In this document: positions 8,301 to 18,500 of the stretch, in pieces
Numbering within the stretch: position 1 is the first letter of the stretch
Layout: the number at the start of each line of letters is the position of its first letter
Virus record (IMG/VR): IMGVR_UViG_3300044953_000168
Source of the DNA: an uncultured virus (IMG/VR IMGVR_UViG_3300044953_000168)
Lineage: Duplodnaviria; Heunggongvirae; Uroviricota; Caudoviricetes
DNA length: 64,000 nucleotides
Strand: one strand, 5' to 3'
Notes under the pieces: model-generated
What the model saw: the letters and a program-made list of their open reading frames with translations, nothing else
What the model was told of the DNA's origin: nothing
The model's database searches: none
Made by a program: the position numbers and the translations under genes

Positions 8301-9760
8301 TTGTTAAGGGAGGAAAAGGAGGATCAGTACGAAATGGAATTATGAACTTGGTACTAAATCCTTTGTCTTATATATTTACGGAACGCGACCTAGACATGGA
8401 TCCTGCTAGCTTTATCCCTGTAACAGGTAGAGCTGCTGTGAACAAGAGCATAGGTCAAACGGAAGAAGCCCTGGAAGAGCTGTATGAGCGACAAGTCAAA
8501 AAGATGAGTCCTTTCGTCTGGTTCAGAAACTGGGAGCTTAGAAACAAGGGCGGAGCCAAGGGTGGTAGCAAGTTTACCGATATGATTAAGAATGGATTTG
8601 CCAAGCTAGAGGAAACTATATCCACGTACCTTGGTGTTAAGAAATCGTACGGTTACTCTATTACTAGAGCAGCAGAATCTGTAATGGACGTTCTTGCTAG
8701 TTCTGGTTTAGCTGGAGCTAAGGAACTTGGACTATTCGATAAGGGGATATCTCAAGAACTAATAGAGAAAGCTATAAATCCTTTCCGACTAGATCCAGAA
8801 AGAACTAGCGTTGCACAGCAGTTTCTCCAGAATCTCTACCAGGGTCCAGTTCAGAAAGGACATAACAAGGCTGCTAAGAGTGAGCTGGAAACCATAGGCA
8901 GGTACTTATCAGAGATAGGGGAAAAGTACAAGTACAAAAACTTTGATTATGATGAAGTTGTAAATAGTGCAACAGAAGATATAGAAAGATTCTTAAAATC
9001 TGGAAAGACGAATCGTGCATTCATCGGAATGGAATACCTGGCGCAGAAAGATCCGGCTATAAGGGCCAGCTTAGAAGCAATGAAGGCGGACTTGGCGAGA
9101 GGAGCTGGTGTAGCACTCGGAGAAGCAAGTACTGCTAGTGAGCATGTAACTAAAGGAATGGCTAGAATTCTAGCTGAATACCTTGTCCCAGGATTTATAT
9201 TCCAAAGAACTATAGGAAAAGTACGAGATGTTAATAATGTACTCCAGATGACCGTTAGTGAGGACATGGACGTAGCTCGTAATATCCTAGATCCGATAGC
9301 TGGTAATACCACTCCTGCTAAGAAAGGCTTAGGTATAAAAGAAGGAGCTAAAGAAGCAAGGAAAGGAGCTGGTAAAGCAACTAATGGATTTCTACGCTGG
9401 GCAGACACAAATAGAGGAAAGCTAGCTATAGGACTCGGTGCCGGAGCCGCATTAGGAGCAGGTATAGTCTCTCTAATGAACGGCCCTATGCCCGCACCTA
9501 TGCCTAGAGATGTAAACGCATCTCAGCCTATGGATACTGGACCAGAGGTCTATGAAAGGCCTCCTAAGATATATGGAACAAACCAGGTCTTTAATGCATC
9601 AAGGCGAAGGTCCCCAGAGACTTTCTCCCCAGTAGGAACTTATAGATTCGGATCAGAAAACCAATCTACAGTTACTATAAGGGACAGAAGAGCCCCTAAC
9701 AATCCTTATCTGCTTGAGCAGCAGATGCGGAATGCAGCTAAAAGCGACTATAACTACTAA
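5306..9760 (+). CDS. Putative single-chain two-barrel (beta+beta'-like) RNA polymerase-like virion protein with C-terminal hydrophobic segment (1484 aa)
   Basis: Collinear motifs: PTLGEDGIVYLNGRPR (RpoB PLMTDNGTFVINGTER), LRYLPIPLDWLR (RpoC LTVLPVLPPDLR), LPGREG (IKGKQG), LNPLSYIFTERDLDMD ([16 protein letters not shown]), KKSYGYSITR (KTANSGYLTR), AQQFLQNLYQGPVQKGH (AQSIGEPGTQLTMRTFH). Confidence 0.75.
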   Translation: MTSSDNPIHNTITDVLGLGRKPATFAEKIDRLRGILTTGGVDYTKAHYVDVLRAEQGMTLVEGSRKYVTREEKVALVSRLEAEGRLPWSGQGVSEADILYYNDTTKRLLRSHTGGTKIFHVPTLGEDGIVYLNGRPRKALGIMSGDKLGKFSFESNITSIYLGASGQLSKLGKAIFDKQGERRLPLVVASPVFRGVLHSSEASWTSNSFLALHSAIAGTPLYGAIAGRDVASKALTILTRSGVISKELRNLKGSRNVAEAFAHIDQLREDFIGTLTGFLRDTGTLGTYPYIKPEKMGNTPHLVVGGEMLGRLYGTQFEERAATKGLFQLAHLSDTTGAQLRAAKSMGISPYAAFLVEGQARSEIYRKNRILKVAVIDSPSAAVSDAVFGDSGSFLTDVGRSTLKHRAHTGAIKINSPSDEVIAAVERLFGVNLADGRVQTSVGAKLRFTKAQVVRGGRRTDPKHKPNLTEVEQDIKLVLGAAGRRKYKGFIEQLAEGGSVLDKIELTDTSLSLDFLSLQARNTETVSMVVSGVRTTAAGIGPGHVLEGADFKGAQMVMAAEDFVKVHGPHAFLSNFVGFANEESNPAEIFRRVFGMDAESAPLNGERRYFIPRMKNVDTGYAQLRAAIENGTISPQLADKVLHGAEVGAVQMGKGVQGVARIMYLTGSIRTDQTMDINMFNPVRITPSKMRIMARGSGSLGYSHAMHNPLYSIFVNSDTTWRSGKVFVDRAGRVQLNKTSHSLRQMATVLKGGALPRNAAVVTMNGKNLMLGGVKLNPIPAAVHLFGTYSGGVSLDDLKGTILDRKLLKHKVLYLDMGAEKQVSILGRQTKLRYLPIPLDWLRAAKGAHGRIRIDKTHPSYEVINSLTKLQLALNVGLKNPENNMVGNTYEEFLKALPGREGLLARKSTILMRAGTRARLSPHYQEFFSAEDLLDPQKLFHGFMSNASFEDYMARKSGLMTNAQVDRIYKSIEKKGYFFAAVGVDPMQRTEHMMLRKIFVKGGKGGSVRNGIMNLVLNPLSYIFTERDLDMDPASFIPVTGRAAVNKSIGQTEEALEELYERQVKKMSPFVWFRNWELRNKGGAKGGSKFTDMIKNGFAKLEETISTYLGVKKSYGYSITRAAESVMDVLASSGLAGAKELGLFDKGISQELIEKAINPFRLDPERTSVAQQFLQNLYQGPVQKGHNKAAKSELETIGRYLSEIGEKYKYKNFDYDEVVNSATEDIERFLKSGKTNRAFIGMEYLAQKDPAIRASLEAMKADLARGAGVALGEASTASEHVTKGMARILAEYLVPGFIFQRTIGKVRDVNNVLQMTVSEDMDVARNILDPIAGNTTPAKKGLGIKEGAKEARKGAGKATNGFLRWADTNRGKLAIGLGAGAALGAGIVSLMNGPMPAPMPRDVNASQPMDTGPEVYERPPKIYGTNQVFNASRRRSPETFSPVGTYRFGSENQSTVTIRDRRAPNNPYLLEQQMRNAAKSDYNY

Positions 9761-12567
9761 TGGTACTTCCTATCTGTACAACCCGTAGCATGACGGGTAT
9801 CCGCCGAACCAACTCCTCAGACACATACAATGTGCTGGTAGAAGCCTATCACAATATCGCCGATGGAGAGATAGACAGAGTAGAGTTTGCTATATCAGTA
9901 AATGGCTCAAGCGTGGGTACGCAGACTGTATCTAGTCGACAGATGTGGCTCCCCAATGATAGTACCTATACTGATCCACTACCAGGTAACTGGGGAGGCG
10001 GCCCTGCACCGCTCTGGTGCTACGGCTATAGCCTGCTTATGTCAGACTATTCTGCTGGATACATAGATATAGTTCCTACTGTCTATGCAACTAGTGGAGA
10101 GTCTGTAACCCTAGAGACAATTAGGGTATACAACGATTCTGACGGAACAGACAGGAGACCGTGTACCGGAATAGCTTATTGGGACTATAACTCCGGTAGT
10201 GATACCAATACTGGGCTTACTACAGGATCACCAGTTAAGACATTCCAGAAGGCACTGGAAGTTATCGCATCATCTAATGATGTAGGAGGCGGTATAGTCT
10301 ACGTGAACGCCGCAGGTGTACATAAGCTCGGTTCCAGGAATGCCTATTCTTTTGGAGCTAATCTCTTTACTGGCGGACACCACTGGGTAACAGTAATGCC
10401 AAAAGCTGGCCTGACTAGGGACGACGTACATATCGCCAGAATAAGCAACTTTGACGGCGACTGGATGACATTCTCCGGTACGACCGCAGGACAGAGTGCT
10501 AGACTACGAATATCGGACTGCTGCATAGATCTACCAGGGATCACAGTCAGCGGAGGATCAAATATAACCTTAAGTATATGGACTGAGCACGTTAAGTTTG
10601 CTCCGCCTAGCCCGTTCAATCAACATCCCAACAATGGCGAAGGCGCGTATATCCGAATCTATGACTACTCGGGATCGGGCGTAGGACTAAACGCTGCAGG
10701 TCCTAGAGGAACGTGGTTCTCCACCGGATGCGAAAGATCTTTTGGGGTGTTTGGTACAGTAGGAGAAAAATCTAGAGGATCAACAGTAGATAGCTGTATT
10801 GGCGTTATGACGCAGTTTAATAACGACAATGAAGCTCACACAAACCTGTTAACGACTAACATATACCAGAACTATGGTATCTCGGGTTACTTCGCACAAA
10901 CTACTACTTCTTTAAGCATATCAGGTCTCGGCGGAAATAGCTACAAAGTAGAAGCTAATGCCCCATATTCAGGACCTGATTTTGCTGAAGCTGCAAGATA
11001 CTTAACAGGCAGTAGCAGCCTAGGTATATTGCTTGCTGATTTCCCTACATCAGCTAATAACGTTACGTGGGCCGTAACTGGATTTGGGTACACTTCGTCT
11101 AGGCCCTATGTAGTCATAACTGGAGCAGGTATAGTAGCCGAGACGTATGTCTCAGGAAAAATAAGTCCAGGTAAGTTCGGAGACACGACCACATGGGAAG
11201 TATTTGGTCCACACTCCGATGTGGTACAAGTAAACGTTGGCGGGCTAAAAAACCTAATATATAGTAACGCTGCAACATATAAGTCATGGCAAACACAAGG
11301 TATATTCTCTAACGGAAACAGTGTGTCAGGGATGGCTATTGTCAATATGTACGACGGAGACACTACTATAAACACTACTAGAAGCTACCTAGTAGGCAGT
11401 TATAATAAGCACCTACTGTTTAGAAACGCTACTATAGACCAGATGGAAGTACTATCTACGCAGACGCTGGAAGACTGTGAGATTATTGACTGCGTATTTA
11501 ATAACTTTGAAGAGTTTAACGGTATAGGAAGTACCACCACATATGCGAGCTTAGTAGATACTAGGTATAACCACTTTATTGACAGCGGGGACGCCGTAGG
11601 AACTAATACCTCTACAGGTATGTTCTTTGCCTTGGCTACTCCTTCCGAAAGTACGGGCGCATATGCCTCAGTGTCTAGCTATGGATACGGAACAGCAAGC
11701 TCACTATGGGAGACACCTTCCAACAGCATGCGGACGCTAGACAAGGGCGCATGGGAAAACGTTAGCACCGCTGATTGGAGTATCCCACTAGGAGTAAGCA
11801 TCACTGGCGGAGTACTAGTATCTACCAGCTCTAGTCCGAATAGCAGCATACACATAACGTCTAACACACCTTTACTATATTCGCTTGGCAAGCTAAAGAC
11901 TAGTAGTCCAGCCACATCTCTATTTCTGGGATCTACGATCTCTAGTCCTAGCTACTTTAGTGGATCAGCAGAGATAAAGATTCCAGTTACGGCACTAATG
12001 GTATCAGGCAGCTTGCCCGTTCCTGGACTGCTAATAGAGCAGCCACCTGCTCTAGTAACAGCATCAGCGCCTGCGGTAACTGTTTCCGTTATCATCAATA
12101 TACCTAACAGCTCAGTCTCCAGCGCAACATTCGACACTTCCGTATCCCCGACAGCGACGGGGGGTACCGGAGCAGTTATACTACTATCTACTGTGACTAC
12201 AGTAGAGGCGACAGCCCCTGAGATAGACTTTGTTATAGGTATCCAAAATCCCACTGGTAATAATTCCCCGACGATAATCGCCCCAAGACAGGAGTATACA
12301 AACGGAGTTCCTATAGGGATCCTTACCATCGAAGCACAGTCTCCTGCCTCTGATCTAGAGCTAAAAGAGGTAATGTCACAGCTGGTCCAGGTCAGAAATA
12401 ACATTACTAGCTTACCAGTAGCTTCCCAAGGGGCTTGGTCGCAAAAAGTAATAGGTAATATTAATAAGAACACTATTAAGACTGTAATCAATATTATGAC
12501 ATCTGAGTATCAGAATTTTGCAAAGCGGCCACCTAGAGAGGCTGCGATCTTTAGGAACAATAAGTAA
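9760..12567 (+). CDS. Right-handed beta-helix (pectin-lyase-like) virion protein, possible depolymerase/tailspike (935 aa)
   Basis: Cap motif YWDYNSGSDTNTGLTTGSPVKTFQKAL typical of the N-terminus of beta-helix enzymes, then an HSDVVQ motif and an Asn/Ser/Thr/Gly-rich body. S/T/P/V-rich linker toward the C-terminus. Confidence 0.6.
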   Translation: MVLPICTTRSMTGIRRTNSSDTYNVLVEAYHNIADGEIDRVEFAISVNGSSVGTQTVSSRQMWLPNDSTYTDPLPGNWGGGPAPLWCYGYSLLMSDYSAGYIDIVPTVYATSGESVTLETIRVYNDSDGTDRRPCTGIAYWDYNSGSDTNTGLTTGSPVKTFQKALEVIASSNDVGGGIVYVNAAGVHKLGSRNAYSFGANLFTGGHHWVTVMPKAGLTRDDVHIARISNFDGDWMTFSGTTAGQSARLRISDCCIDLPGITVSGGSNITLSIWTEHVKFAPPSPFNQHPNNGEGAYIRIYDYSGSGVGLNAAGPRGTWFSTGCERSFGVFGTVGEKSRGSTVDSCIGVMTQFNNDNEAHTNLLTTNIYQNYGISGYFAQTTTSLSISGLGGNSYKVEANAPYSGPDFAEAARYLTGSSSLGILLADFPTSANNVTWAVTGFGYTSSRPYVVITGAGIVAETYVSGKISPGKFGDTTTWEVFGPHSDVVQVNVGGLKNLIYSNAATYKSWQTQGIFSNGNSVSGMAIVNMYDGDTTINTTRSYLVGSYNKHLLFRNATIDQMEVLSTQTLEDCEIIDCVFNNFEEFNGIGSTTTYASLVDTRYNHFIDSGDAVGTNTSTGMFFALATPSESTGAYASVSSYGYGTASSLWETPSNSMRTLDKGAWENVSTADWSIPLGVSITGGVLVSTSSSPNSSIHITSNTPLLYSLGKLKTSSPATSLFLGSTISSPSYFSGSAEIKIPVTALMVSGSLPVPGLLIEQPPALVTASAPAVTVSVIINIPNSSVSSATFDTSVSPTATGGTGAVILLSTVTTVEATAPEIDFVIGIQNPTGNNSPTIIAPRQEYTNGVPIGILTIEAQSPASDLELKEVMSQLVQVRNNITSLPVASQGAWSQKVIGNINKNTIKTVINIMTSEYQNFAKRPPREAAIFRNNK

Positions 12568-15500
12568 TGCTTAAGAATAATACAAAGCTAGTGATCGGTC
12601 CCTGCGTATTTACGCATCAGGTTCAAAAAATTGCTGTCCAAGAGCGCAAGGCAGTGGATGTACTCGACACTGCCAGGTCTGGTATTAACTTTATAATCGA
12701 TTCGGGGGAGTCTGATCATAGGGCCCAGATAAGGCTGCTATTCACCGGCCTAGAGGAGATAAACGTAGGCATAAACACTCTTAGAGGACTAATAGCGCTG
12801 TTTAAGTGCTGCCCTATAACTACTCTAAAAAACAGCTTCTTAACGGACTCATGGAAGAAAAACGAAGATCTCTACAATAAACAAACATATGAAAGAATTG
12901 TTTCTGTACTAGAAACTGCAGATAGGTTAAACAAGAATATAGTTGAGACATTCGTTAGATTCAATGGTGAGACGCTAAGCGCCCGGCCGTCCCCTCTCTC
13001 AATTAACGACAGTTACCTTGATGTCTTTGATCTGACTGCGTCTGTCTCTGAGGTTGTAAACAAATCGAAATTTAATGCTCAGATCCTAAACCAACTAGAT
13101 ACATATGTATCTAGTTCAAAAGAGTCTATATCTAGACTTGTGGTCAACAATATAACTAAACAACTTACAGATCCAACTTTAGCTGATCTAATAAGTCCAA
13201 TTTCTACACTTAAGTACAGAAGAGTTTACTCTGACTTTGTGCCAGTGGCGCTGGAATCTATCGAGCTAGAAAATGTGCCTGATATGCCTTTCAGTATCCA
13301 GGCAACACTGACTATCGCAAGAATAGATGTTTCTGCTTATTCAGAAACGGACTCCTTATATTACAAGATGGCAGGATCGCCTCTCCAAGCAACCGAGAAT
13401 CCAGAGGATGCTTACTGGTTAAAGCTGTGGATGGGACGGATGATGGGCTCTGGAATTATTCCAGAGGTAACACAAGAACATTTTGTAGAGTCTTCAATTG
13501 AGTGGTACGGGGATAGTACTCTCGGAGTAGTTGAATCTCCACACTACCTGCCTCCAATTAAGTTGGCCCAGGACACGCATATATCCAATCAAGATGGGAT
13601 TCTAATAGCAGAAAGTACATCTCTAAGAAATAGATTTGCATATAACAAGCTTATAGGACAACTGTATCCGAGCGCGTGCCACATGGGAGCTACGGCCCGT
13701 ACGTTGTCCCTTGATATAGTCTTTAATAACCAAAGAGGAGGAGAAGGGTATCGAAAATTCTGTATCTACAAGACCACTGCTGACACTGTGTCAAAAAGCC
13801 AGGAAAGATATGACCGAGTCACCGGGTGGAAAATAAGTACTCCTATCAGCAGACTACTTGGGTTAGGCACTAATCTCAAGGCCCCATCAGGTGGAGTGTA
13901 TGTCCCTCTATCTGTAGTAGTACAGACAGGGGACGAACCTGATATGCTGAACTGTAGAGTTGATCTCGTAGAAAACAATCTTGAGGTTGTAGAGCAATCT
14001 GAGATAGTACTAACAAGCGGAGGAACAGACTATGATAGCTTAAGAGCGTTTTACGATCTTAGTACTACAAAGGAAAAAGTCTTTAGGGATAAGTTAGTAA
14101 ATAATACAGAAAGCGCAATAGCAGAATTAGTCGGTGGCTCTGCGGACAACTACAAATCGTATGAGCTTTTTTGGCCAATAGAAAAAGGAATCATAAAACT
14201 AAAAACCGAATCCGCTTTCGGACTACTCAATCTAGATACACTTCGTGCAACACTTATACAGTTAGATAAAGGTGGAGCACTTGTTAGTGCGTTAATGGAG
14301 TCAGCACTTGCTACAGGCAAACGCATAGCAAATGTTAGAGTAGGAGCACTTACAAGTCTGTCCCAGAACATATCCATAGCGCTTTCTTCTTTGTCTATGG
14401 CAAACAAAGAAAATCCAGAAATAGCTAAGATATACAATGCTGTTAGGAATATCGTTAGTTCTAAACTGGTAGGCAATGGTACGGACTCAAGCCAAAACCT
14501 ATCTCAGGAGCAGATAGATGAGTATAGTGCTAATCTAACTAACGGACTTCTAGGGGATAGGGCAGGAAGTATACTTAAGTCAAACTCAACCACCGGCTGG
14601 GTTATATCAAGCCTATCCTCGTCGAATCTACCACTGCATCCAGAGTTCCTGGATGCATTGTTCACTGTTATAGTTGAAAGAAAGCCTAGAAGATCAGATT
14701 TGCCCTATATATACTCAATGGATGGAGTATATTCTGCCTTCTATAAACTTATCTATGCCTACACCGCGTCCGAGTCAGCAAAAGATGAAATCAATATATC
14801 TGATATACTAAACACAATAAAGTCAGAGAACTACAACAGAGATAAAAACAAAACATATCCTGATCTTATCTTACCTTCCTACACAGAGTTGTACGGAGAA
14901 AGATGGACTAAATTTGCTCCTACCTTTGATGATCTTGGAATAGACACTTATGGCAACAATGATCTACGTAAAGAGCCAGCGGTAAGCCCAGAAGACATAG
15001 TCAGTCCTGCTGCTTGGTTTGCTATAAAGAGAACCAAAGAAGAGCTCAGGTCAGCGGCATCCGCCGCAATAAAAGGAGTATCAGACAGTAGTCCTGCTTT
15101 CTCTCTTAGCGTCCCGTTTAATACCCAAGAAATAGATAGAATTAAAGAGCTGATAAAAACGGAGACTAAGGCAAGGCTTAACTCAGATAAAAAAGCCGCA
15201 GACGCCGCGAGTGAGGCAATCTCAGAATTAATAGTTGGTGTAGCTAAAAGATATAAGGCAAGTAATGAGCAGGGATTTAGGCAGGATCTAGTTAACATGC
15301 GTAGCTCGTACACCAGTTACGAGGACGTGCTTAGGAGCAACAAGCCTGTCAGATTACTTATACACCATAACGGTAACTATGTTTTGTCTAGGGAGCTGAA
15401 CACTTCAGTGTACGGGGCAGAGTTGTTTAGAGTACTAGGACAAGAAAAGAAACTGGAAAATACCGAATTTGGAAGAATCGATCCAGGGGCGCAGTATACC

Positions 15501-18500
15501 TCTAGTATAGACAATTCAGTAAAGTTCCACAGGCACATGAAGAGTAGTAATGAGGCATGTGTACAGTCCTCTTTGACTCAAGTTGCTGATGACCAATTTA
15601 GTCCAGAGCGCATGTTTCCTGCTATTAAGGTATACCTTTTAGACAGAAGAGGATCCGATGTTATAGCGGATGATACACTATTTAACGTAGGATCTATAAT
15701 ATCTGTAGATATAACCATGGACAAAGAGGATGCTCCATTAGCAGTAATCAAACTTGCAGATCCTCTGTATACTCTTCAAGATGACTATTTTGACAAGCTA
15801 AATGTATCGCGCATCAAGGGAACGCCGGGTTCCGATGAGGAAAGTAAACAAGAAAGTAGAAAAGTATTTGGTACCTTACGAGACGCCGATCAAGAGGGCT
15901 TTATCAAAAGGTACAAGCTTGTCCAAGGAAGATCCGTACAAATTAGGATGGGATATAGCTCTATGGCTTATGCTCTCCCAATTGTCTTTACTGGAAAAAT
16001 CACAGAGATCGTACCAGGAGACCAGCTGACTATAGTATGTCAAGGGTGGAAAGCAGAGCTTATTAGCCGACAGGTTAACTTTACAAGTGATGAGCCCAAA
16101 AATTACGGAGCTAGAGATCTAGCTATACAAGCAATCACCTATGCCTCTCCAGAAGGTTTCGGAGACTTTTATCCAGAATTCGATACACAGTATATTTTAA
16201 GAAATTTGAATCCTGACGATGTACAGAGCGTCATATCTAGGTCTATGTCTAATAGAGAAGGTGTAGATCTCGAGGGAGTAGGTAGCCGGTCAACAAGCGA
16301 GGCGGCGTTTAACTACTTCCAGACACTGCTGGGCTTCGCATCTAGGGACAAGAAGAACAAAGGCTTTGATACTCGATTAAAGAACATATGGTATCCCGAT
16401 ACCGAGATGTATAGTAATATACTTGGCCTGAGAACGTTCCTAAATGTTATGCCTGAGTGGATGAACTGCGGATGGATTGTTCCTTTACAGCCTGCTTGGA
16501 ATGTGCTGAAAGAAGCATCTCGACACGCATGGAACTGTATAGTAGAAGTTGTTCCCTATGATGGCGAAGCGACCATCTTTATGGGACACCCGGACCAGCC
16601 ATACTTCTATACAAGAGGAAACAATAATCTAAACAAAGCATATCAGAGATTTAAAAAAACACAAGATAAGCATGTTAATAAAGCTATTGATGAACTTCTT
16701 CGTAAGTTCTATGAATCAAAGGAATATGGAGAGCTAGCTGCTTTTCCTAGGTTTACAAACGATGGAATAATCGACAATAGACTTGTCGTCGATTACCTAA
16801 AAAAGACCAATAAAGGTCTAGGAGAAATAGATGAGGAGCTTACAGCATACAAAAGCTTAATGACTTGGCTCGCGCTGGGAAGCAGAGATAAGGCACTTCG
16901 TAGTCCTCTGCCACTGTCTTTGCTTAATCAAGTAAAAGAGAATGGTGCCTCCGATCGTCTTCCGATCCTGCTATTTTGTCATTTCTTTGGAATACCAGAA
17001 AGTACATTAATAAATGGATGGGCAACTATAACTGTAGATCTTATGTCGATACTGGGTCGGGACCAAACAGAAGTGACTCCTGATCTTGCTATTAAGCTTA
17101 GGGACATGGTGGGCGCACCTGAAGATAACAGTACACAAGGTGTAAAAGATCTGATTTCCGATACAATCGAATGGTTCAATGGGAGATATAGAACATCTAA
17201 TCTTCTAACCAACTTTAATAAGGAATCTCTAAGAGACACATTGGGTAGGCGTATCGACACAGAAATATTCCCTCGTAGCGATTACTTTCTTAAACCAGAC
17301 GAATGGTACCAGCAACTGGCTACGCGTAGAAGTCTTACCTACGTACTTACTACTGTAGCCACAGACATGTTGGACAGATTACATCAAATTGAGACAGTCG
17401 TGTCGTCTAGTAGAAACGTAGAAGATATGAGGTCTTACTTACTAAGTAGACTAGCCGCGTTAAAGGGAAGCGTAGAAGCTGTCCACAAAGAGATGAAAAA
17501 GGCAGATTTAGTGAATATACAAAGAGAAACTTTTTTTTCTTTTAAGGACAAACTAGTTACGACGATAGATGCATTAGATTCTATAAATCAGGAGATCGAT
17601 AAAAAGCGTCCACCTCTGCCCGCTGGATTGAATAAATTACAAGTGCCTTTAGAAAAGCTAGGACATATTAGGCCAGAATTAGTTGAAAAACAACTTGTGT
17701 ATTTTAAAGCTTTTGTTTACTACTTTAGTCTTTTCCTACTGAACAGCCAGGATCCAGAAGTTGCTAAATTAGCAAGCAAAGGGAACTTACCGGAAAGTAG
17801 CCTCCCTCCGAACATGCGAGTGTTTCGAGTACATCACTTTGCAGACGATGTACACAATATTATACAAAACAACATAGTTGCTACAACTAGAGAAATGTGG
17901 AATACCGTAGTAATTGAGCATCCTGCGCCAGGCACTGCAGATAATGACATAGAAAATGAGTCACAGTTATATACAGAAGGCACTATTAATTCCGGGGCAT
18001 CTTGGGTTTATTGGCCTGCACAAGAAGTCACTGGAGTAATAGGTCTTCAGTTTCATCCTGGACTGGTTCTAGCAAACAAGAAAGTACAGGTGTTCACAGA
18101 AATAAATTGTCAGAATCCTGATCTAGCTGGTAAGCTGGCCCATGAGAGACTTGCAGAAGGTATTAAAAAGATGTACAGGGGAAACCTGCTGCTAGTAGGA
18201 AAGCACATAAAGCCATATGATAGAATTATTCTAGCTGATGGATATACCAAAATGTCTGGACCAGTAGAGGTAGAATCTGTAACACATCACTGGAATACAT
18301 CACAAGGATGGGTAACCAATATTATACCCTGCGCAGTATGCGATGCTAACCCAGGATCTGCTGCGCTACAGACTGCTGCTTTTGAAACAGCATTCCAACG
18401 GGTATACAACATAGTTGAATTTGTATCAGATATATGGACATATGCAACAATTATAGCTACAGCTGGCGCAGCGACTCCCCTAGCCGTAGGAAAATTCAGT

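Noticed and set aside
5306..9760. Labelling the ORF as host rpoB/rpoC or as a plain tape measure protein
   Set aside because: It is too short and divergent for cellular rpoBC and sits in a phage tail operon, while the ordered RNAP motifs argue against a simple tape measure.
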